From the IMG/VR virus record IMGVR_UViG_2693429662_000017: a DNA stretch of 12,220 nt. One strand, written 5' to 3'. This stretch comes from a virus (lineage: Duplodnaviria; Heunggongvirae; Uroviricota; Caudoviricetes). This document shows, one piece after another, positions 6,987-12,220 of this stretch; the stretch's first letter is position 1; each line of letters begins with the position of its first letter. Below the pieces are notes generated by a model. The model searched no databases and was not told where the DNA came from. It was given only the letters and a program-made list of their open reading frames with translations. Made by a program: the position numbers and the translations under genes.

Positions 6987-7586
6987 TCAGAAACGGTATC
7001 CGATACCAACAATAAATGCATCCGTTCGCCAGTCGCCACTACCGGAACCTTCATAAGCAAGGTCAATGGTCACGGATTCGGTCGGGTTAAACTGCACGCC
7101 AGCCCCCCACGCCAGAGACGTGTTGCTGTGGCGACCGTCATCACTTCCGGTCAGCACATCGTGCGTTTTCCCCTTGTTGTCAGTTACGCGAAGATAATCC
7201 CCGGAGAAAGTCGACACACGGCTGTAAGCCACTCCCGCCATCGAATACGCGCTGAACCATTCATTCACGCGTACAGACGGCCCCGCCATCACGCTGAACC
7301 AGCGGTTACGCACGGAATCTTCATGCCAGCGGGTATCGCTGTAGCGCGTTTTTTGCTCATCCTCAGCATTGGCATAACTGAAGGACGTAATCAGCCCCAG
7401 CGCGTCCGTAAACTCATAACGGTATTTCACGTTAATCCCGTTCAGATCATCACTACCGGGAACGTTCGTCGAGGCATGGAGATACCCCGCGCTCAGCGTG
7501 GACTGATGTTCTGCTGCACTCGCTGGCGTAGCAGCGGCGACCTGCCAGACTACTGCGGACAAAATAACAGCACATAATTTACGCAT
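6987..7586 (-). CDS. lom: Lom, Ail/Lom-family outer membrane beta-barrel protein (199 aa)
   Basis: Seen: signal-peptide-like N-terminus (MRKLCAVILSAVVWQVAAATPASA), C-terminal ...GIGYRF with terminal Phe typical of OMPs, and GAGAGG 5 nt upstream of the ATG. Established: homologous to lambda Lom as recalled. Confidence 0.9.
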   Translation of the reverse strand: MRKLCAVILSAVVWQVAAATPASAAEHQSTLSAGYLHASTNVPGSDDLNGINVKYRYEFTDALGLITSFSYANAEDEQKTRYSDTRWHEDSVRNRWFSVMAGPSVRVNEWFSAYSMAGVAYSRVSTFSGDYLRVTDNKGKTHDVLTGSDDGRHSNTSLAWGAGVQFNPTESVTIDLAYEGSGSGDWRTDAFIVGIGYRF

Positions 7587-7610
7587 AATTACCTCTCGCT
7601 TTTCTGCAAT

Positions 7611-7634
7611 AAAAAAGGCGCCATTTCTGGCGCC
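7611..7634 (-). terminator. Intrinsic terminator between J and lom
   Basis: Seen: on the - strand, palindromic stem GGCGCC / GGCGCC with a 6-nt loop followed by TTTTTTATT, starting about 20 nt after the J stop. Confidence 0.6.
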
Positions 7635-7653
7635 CGTATCTGGGTTATAAAAT

Positions 7654-10600
7654 TCAGCTAATCGTGATGCCTGCAGTGGCTTTCTTCATCACCACAACCA
7701 GCAAATCGCTGATACTTGCTGTGGGATACCAGTTATTTACCAGCCATGCTGACACCGAAAACTCCAGTGTCATGTGACCGTGACCGGCAGGCATATCAAT
7801 AACACCACTGTAAATCAGCGTATTATCCAGCGCGGTACGGTTATAAATTTCAGCACCGTTTTTCCGCACTATCAGACGGCATGAGGAGTAAATATCAGTA
7901 TGCTCTTTCTCATGTTTAGCGCCGCTGAATGCCACCGCCGGAATAACAATCTGCCGGTCAAACGGCTGATCGTCATAAACCCTGACGGTAATGGTTCCTG
8001 ATGGCCACCGCTCCGGTGCACGGGAGTCCCGGGGGAAAGCTTTGCCCACTGTTTTAACGAGATCGCCTTCAATCTGGTTCGCGGACAATTTTCCCAGAAC
8101 CCGACAGTTCTCGTTAATCGTGACGTTGTTGAGCGTCCCGGAGTTCGCATTCACGTTACCGCTGATATCGGCATTTTTCGCCGTCAGCCGCCCGTCCGGT
8201 GTCAGGGAAAATGCCGGAGGATTACCGCCGCTGGTAATGGTGGGAGCCGTCAGATATTTCAGGAACACTTCATTCATGAATATCTGATCGCCCTGACCAA
8301 CAAACATCGGCTTTGTGTTGCCATTCGCAGGATTAATCATCGCAATCCTGTCTGCCGCCAGCAGCACCTGACTCTGCATTCCTGCTGGCGTATTCTCAAT
8401 ACCGGCACCGATACCCGCAATATAAAGGCGTCCGTCCTGCATCTGCTGCAGTTTCACGGCCCACATGCTGTTCAGGTTATTATTTGTATCAACCTGAACT
8501 TTCTGTATCTGCTGGATTGCCGCACTCTGATTTTCCAGTTTTTTATTGACGGTCTGCGTGATTTCATTGCTGACATTCGTAATGGACGTCCTGATTTCAG
8601 CCAGGTCCGGCGCAAGCTGACCGTTATCAATCTGCGTCCACAGCTCCTGGGCCAGATGTGTTTTCCCGATTTCTCCTTTGAAAAAATCCAGGTAACCTTC
8701 CGCATCATCGCTCGCCCGACCGACAGCCTCCACGAATGCCGATTTGCCAACAGTATTCACACTGCGGATATAAAAATAATAATCATGGCCCGGTTTGATA
8801 TTGATACTGGCAGCTATCCAGTACAGCGCCGAGCCAAGATAGCGGGCTGCGGTTTCAACCTGCCTGATATCCGCAATCCGCTTTTCCGAGAACCAGAACT
8901 CAAACTGTACCGTCGGGTCATAAACGGCAAGATGTGGCGTTGCGGTTATCTGAAAATAGCCCGGCGTCAGCTCAATCCGCGACGGTGCTGCCGGTGCGGT
9001 AATCCGGAAGGTGGTGGTGGCAGGTTCACCCTGCTGGCCATAGCTGTTTATCGCCCGCACCGTCAGGGTGTATTCCCCGAGCGGCAGGCCGCTGAAACGG
9101 TGCTCCGTGTCTGCGGTGATGGCGGTGGTCACCAGTCTGGCATCCGTTCCCTTACCACTGGTCAGGCGCAGACTGAAGCGCACACCCTTCACCACCCGCG
9201 GCGTGTCCCATTTCGCCTGCGCCAGATACTGGCCGTCAGCTGCGCTCACCTCCACCGTCAGGTGCTGCACTGCCGGTGGGATGACGCTGTTCAGGGAACC
9301 TGACTGCGGCTCAAAGCGGGCACCGTTATCCACAATGGCTTCTTTTTCCGGTACGTGCTGCACCGCCGTGATGGCGAACGTGCCGTCCGTGTTTTCCCGG
9401 ATGGAGACACAGCGGAACAGGCGACGACGCAGTGACGGCAGGGAGAGTCCCCACACCCCGTATGTCTCCACACCATCCGGCAGGGTGCTGACCTGTATCC
9501 GGTCAGGCGCGGGGTGTGCGGTGATGGCCACGCTCGCCGGCTTACCGCTGCCGTTAATCAGATTAACAGTGGCCGTGCCGGTCTCCGGCAGTGTCACCTC
9601 CCGGTCCAGCGTCAGGGTACGGCTGGCGGCATCGATGGACAGGACACGTCCGCCGGTCATGGTCCCGGCATAGTCGTTATCACAGATTTCAATGATGTCA
9701 CCGGGTGTGTGACGCAGCCCCTGTGACCCAAGCGTGAAATCCACCGTCTGCGTTTCCAGCAGTTCGGTCTTTATCACCCACAGCCCGGCACGGTGGGCCT
9801 GACCGCGGCTGGTACAGCCGAACGCGTCCATCTTCAGCAGGTTGCGTCCGTAGCGCAGTATGGCTTCCGGGTCTTCCACCAGTTCCGTGGAGGTCTGCCA
9901 GCCATTCTGCGGGTCGGTGTAATTCACCTCCACTGCCGTGTGCCGGTCCTTCAGGGCACTGAAGCTGTAGCGGAAACCCACGCCGTTATCATCCACCACC
10001 ACATCGCTGTTGGTGTACGGCCACACCACATCCGACGGACGGTCCTGAACGAACGTCAGCGTCTGGCCGTTCCATACCGGCATACAGCGCATCGCAGAGC
10101 AGAAATCACTGAGAACGTCCCACGCCTTACGCTGTTGTGCCAGGTACGCATTAAAGGTCATCCGCGGCTCGGTCCCCCCGAAACCATCCGGGACCGTCTG
10201 GTCGCAGTACTGCCCGATGGCATACAGCGCCCACTTGTCCACATCCGCCGCCCCCAGACGTTTTCCCATGCCGTAGCGCGGGTGAGTCAGCATGTCCCAC
10301 AGACACCAGGCCGGGTTGTTGCTGTATGCCGGTTTCAGGCTGCCGTCCCAGATACCACTGTACGTGCGTTTTTCCGGGTCATAGTTTGACGGCACCTGGA
10401 TGATGCGACCGCGGATATGGTAGTTCACCGTCATCTGCTGGCCGCCGAACTGCTCCGCATCCACCTGCAGCCCCACAATGGCCGTGTTCGGGTAGCACTG
10501 TTTCACATCGATGATTTCGGTGTATGACGACCACAGCGTCTTATTCTGCAGCTGGTCCGTGGTGCTGTCCGCCGTCTCCCTGACCATCCGGATGTTAAAG

Positions 10601-11127
10601 GGCCGGGGAGGCAGATTATCCAGAATCACCGAGGCCAGGAACTGTGAGGTGGTCTTGCCGTTAATGGTGACGTCCTTTTCCGTCACCCAGCGGCCATTAC
10701 GCTGTAACTGAATCAGAATCCGGACAGAGGAAGGATTACGGTCGCCCTTTGACGTGGTCTGCACCAGTGACTGCACCCCGAAGGTAACCCGCAGGCGGTC
10801 AATGTTCGCGGACGTAATGGTGCGCGTCACCGGTTTTGCCTTCGTCACTTCCACGCCCAGTCCGGTTTCAGCACCGGAGGACTCAAAGCCTTCCGGTGGT
10901 GTCTGCTCCTGCTCCCCGGCGCGCCAGACCGCCGTCACACCGTGTATCACGGGATTACCGTCCGTGTCCGTCAGCGGGGTTTTGTTCACCAGGATACTCT
11001 GCAGTCCCTTCACCGGGCCTTCTATCGGTCCCTCACCAATCGCATCAATCACACTCATCATCTGCGTGGATTTGAGATTATCCTTCGCCTCACGCGGTGT
11101 GTGCCCCTTGCCGCCCCCTTTACCCAC
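7654..11127 (-). CDS. J: Host specificity / tail tip protein J (about 1157 aa from GTG 11127; frame open to TTG 11172)
   Basis: Seen: GTG at 11127 preceded by GGAGAGGGGG 5 nt upstream. Established: from (V)[19 protein letters not shown] onward the protein is collinear with lambda gpJ as recalled, with a divergent C-terminal ~150 aa. The exact start is uncertain; the TTG at 11172 cannot be excluded. Confidence 0.85.
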   Translation of the reverse strand: MGKGGGKGHTPREAKDNLKSTQMMSVIDAIGEGPIEGPVKGLQSILVNKTPLTDTDGNPVIHGVTAVWRAGEQEQTPPEGFESSGAETGLGVEVTKAKPVTRTITSANIDRLRVTFGVQSLVQTTSKGDRNPSSVRILIQLQRNGRWVTEKDVTINGKTTSQFLASVILDNLPPRPFNIRMVRETADSTTDQLQNKTLWSSYTEIIDVKQCYPNTAIVGLQVDAEQFGGQQMTVNYHIRGRIIQVPSNYDPEKRTYSGIWDGSLKPAYSNNPAWCLWDMLTHPRYGMGKRLGAADVDKWALYAIGQYCDQTVPDGFGGTEPRMTFNAYLAQQRKAWDVLSDFCSAMRCMPVWNGQTLTFVQDRPSDVVWPYTNSDVVVDDNGVGFRYSFSALKDRHTAVEVNYTDPQNGWQTSTELVEDPEAILRYGRNLLKMDAFGCTSRGQAHRAGLWVIKTELLETQTVDFTLGSQGLRHTPGDIIEICDNDYAGTMTGGRVLSIDAASRTLTLDREVTLPETGTATVNLINGSGKPASVAITAHPAPDRIQVSTLPDGVETYGVWGLSLPSLRRRLFRCVSIRENTDGTFAITAVQHVPEKEAIVDNGARFEPQSGSLNSVIPPAVQHLTVEVSAADGQYLAQAKWDTPRVVKGVRFSLRLTSGKGTDARLVTTAITADTEHRFSGLPLGEYTLTVRAINSYGQQGEPATTTFRITAPAAPSRIELTPGYFQITATPHLAVYDPTVQFEFWFSEKRIADIRQVETAARYLGSALYWIAASINIKPGHDYYFYIRSVNTVGKSAFVEAVGRASDDAEGYLDFFKGEIGKTHLAQELWTQIDNGQLAPDLAEIRTSITNVSNEITQTVNKKLENQSAAIQQIQKVQVDTNNNLNSMWAVKLQQMQDGRLYIAGIGAGIENTPAGMQSQVLLAADRIAMINPANGNTKPMFVGQGDQIFMNEVFLKYLTAPTITSGGNPPAFSLTPDGRLTAKNADISGNVNANSGTLNNVTINENCRVLGKLSANQIEGDLVKTVGKAFPRDSRAPERWPSGTITVRVYDDQPFDRQIVIPAVAFSGAKHEKEHTDIYSSCRLIVRKNGAEIYNRTALDNTLIYSGVIDMPAGHGHMTLEFSVSAWLVNNWYPTASISDLLVVVMKKATAGITIS

Positions 11128-11333
11128 TCTGTCCCCCTCTCCTGTCTGATGTCTGAATCTGTTTATGCCCAAAAAACAACAGGCACCCCGGAGGATGCCT
11201 GTATCATGACTGAATAAAAATTCTGAATATCTTCACATTTTCACAAACTGACTGTGGTGCTAATAATTTCTCTGCGTTAATGTTTTTTGTCGTGACATAA
11301 GAATAATTCCTTACACTTAATCTTCGTAACTCT

Positions 11334-11371
11334 CCCGCAGTTCCTGTCCGCGATCACTGCGGGATTTTTTT
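11334..11371 (+). terminator. Terminator-like hairpin on the + strand (antisense to the tail operon) in the I-J spacer
   Basis: Seen: 8-bp stem CCCGCAGT / ACTGCGGG (11334-11341 and 11356-11363) with a 14-nt loop, followed by ATTTTTTTATTCTTTTT on the + strand. On the - strand it is preceded by an A-run, so it is not a canonical terminator in the sense direction. Confidence 0.35.
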
Positions 11372-11378
11372 ATTCTTT

Positions 11379-12059
11379 TTACCCCTGCCGCCCGATAACC
11401 ACGACCTTTCCGCCCCCGCCTTCATCACGGGTGCTGATGTCCTGGGAGATTCGCCGGGAGCCAACCAGCATTTCACCGTAAGGCACCGGCATCGGGTTCC
11501 CCTGGGCAATCATGTTATCCAGCGACGAAAAGTACGTGTTCTGTTTACCGTTATCCGTTGCCCTGTATTCCGGTGTTTTTGCCTTCGGGGCCAGCATCTG
11601 GGCCACACCGCCCAGAATCATACTGGCACCCAGTGAAAACAGCATCGTGGTGGCAGAAAAACCACCGGCACTCAGGGCTGTACCCCATAACGCCATCGAG
11701 CCTCCGGCAGTGAAGAAAGAGCCCACGATGGCTGCCGCCCCCAGCACAATCTGCAGTCCACCCTTTCCGGCCCCGGCCAGTCGCGGCACAATGTGGATGA
11801 CCGTTCCCTCACCCAGCTGTTCGTGAAGACGGGCGTACACCGCCTCCGGTGCCGTGTCCTCACCGCGAATACGTATCTGGTACCAGCCTTCGTTCATCTG
11901 ACGGCGGAATCCCGGCATCTGCATCGACAGGGCACGAATGGCTTCCGCTGCCGTGTTCACATACAGGCTGAGGCGGCGGCCAAATCGTTGTAAATCCCCG
12001 TGAAGGCAGATGCGTGCCAGTGGCGGTGACGCCAGGCTGAATGCGTTCGTCGTTGCCAT
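11379..12059 (-). CDS. I: Tail tip assembly protein I (226 aa)
   Basis: Seen: complete ORF ending ...VVVIGRQG; its start overlaps the end of the upstream K reading frame by about 100 nt. Established: collinear with lambda gpI as recalled (ARICLYGDLQRFGRR..., NGKQNTYFSSLDNM...). Confidence 0.9.
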   Translation of the reverse strand: MATTNAFSLASPPLARICLHGDLQRFGRRLSLYVNTAAEAIRALSMQMPGFRRQMNEGWYQIRIRGEDTAPEAVYARLHEQLGEGTVIHIVPRLAGAGKGGLQIVLGAAAIVGSFFTAGGSMALWGTALSAGGFSATTMLFSLGASMILGGVAQMLAPKAKTPEYRATDNGKQNTYFSSLDNMIAQGNPMPVPYGEMLVGSRRISQDISTRDEGGGGKVVVIGRQG

Positions 12060-12220
12060 TTTTCGGAATACCTCTCCCGTTTACTCAGTTGTTCAGGCAG
12101 ATGGTGAAGCAGCTCACCGTTGCCGCAGTATATGGCGGCATGATTGGCCACCGATGCGCCAAAGCAGCACAGCAGGATATCGCCCGCCTGTGCAGAGGAC
12201 AGGGGCACCCGGTAAAAGCC
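11957..12220 (-). CDS. K: Tail assembly protein K, C-terminal part only (5' end lies beyond the window edge)
   Basis: Seen: - strand frame with no start inside the window. Established: the C-terminus (...LLCCFG...IYCG.GELLHH...WQRRTHS.WRHR...AFTGIYNDL...) resembles the lambda gpK peptidase-like domain, and a K/I overlap of about 100 nt occurs in lambda. Confidence 0.7.
   Translation of the reverse strand, partial: GFYRVPLSSAQAGDILLCCFGASVANHAAIYCGNGELLHHLPEQLSKRERYSEKWQRRTHSAWRHRHWHASAFTGIYNDLAAASACM

Larger units (their letters stand above)
1771..12220. mobile_element. Lambda-like prophage, tail-fibre-proximal end (K', I, J, lom, stf, tfa, cargo); continues beyond the right window edge
   Basis: Seen: contiguous - strand tail genes in lambda order, and a host gene (ompW) truncated at the left boundary. 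Established: lambda K-I-J-lom-stf-tfa-b-att layout. Inference: left boundary is about 1771-1780, where the frame departs from recalled native ompW. Confidence 0.8.

Noticed and set aside
6984-7577. 197-aa + strand ORF antisense to lom
   Set aside because: It overlaps the well-supported lom gene almost completely on the opposite strand, with no RBS and a non-ATG start.
7872-11217. Numerous + strand and alternative-frame ORFs inside J (for example 8656..9303, 9068..9673, 9793..10389, 10754..11149)
   Set aside because: They are embedded in the J coding sequence, lack RBSs, and have skewed composition. J explains the region.
11173-11378. Small ORFs in the I-J spacer on either strand
   Set aside because: The longest are 12-14 codons with no RBS. 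The region is treated as non-coding, with the hairpin reported separately.

Overview
The window reads as an Enterobacteriaceae (E. coli-like) chromosomal segment. The left ~1.6 kb carries the host stress operon yciG-yciF-yciE on the + strand, followed by a terminator and what looks like the displaced 3' end of ompW on the - strand. From about 1771 to the window end is the tail-fibre end of a lambda-like prophage, all on the - strand: K (3' part), I, J, lom, stf and tfa. lom is bracketed by intrinsic terminators, as expected for a moron. The most interesting part is the cargo region between tfa and the prophage end (about 2083-3583). It holds an AT-rich + strand gene for a 222-aa class I SAM-dependent methyltransferase, convergent with tfa and bounded by ~215-bp direct repeats of the tfa 3' end. 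The second repeat copy forms a short tfa-like ORF, followed by a small acidic ORF next to an AT-rich att-arm-like region. All protein assignments rest on recalled similarity to lambda and E. coli K-12 proteins, not on a database search. No tRNA, rRNA, CRISPR array, integrase or invertase gene was seen.
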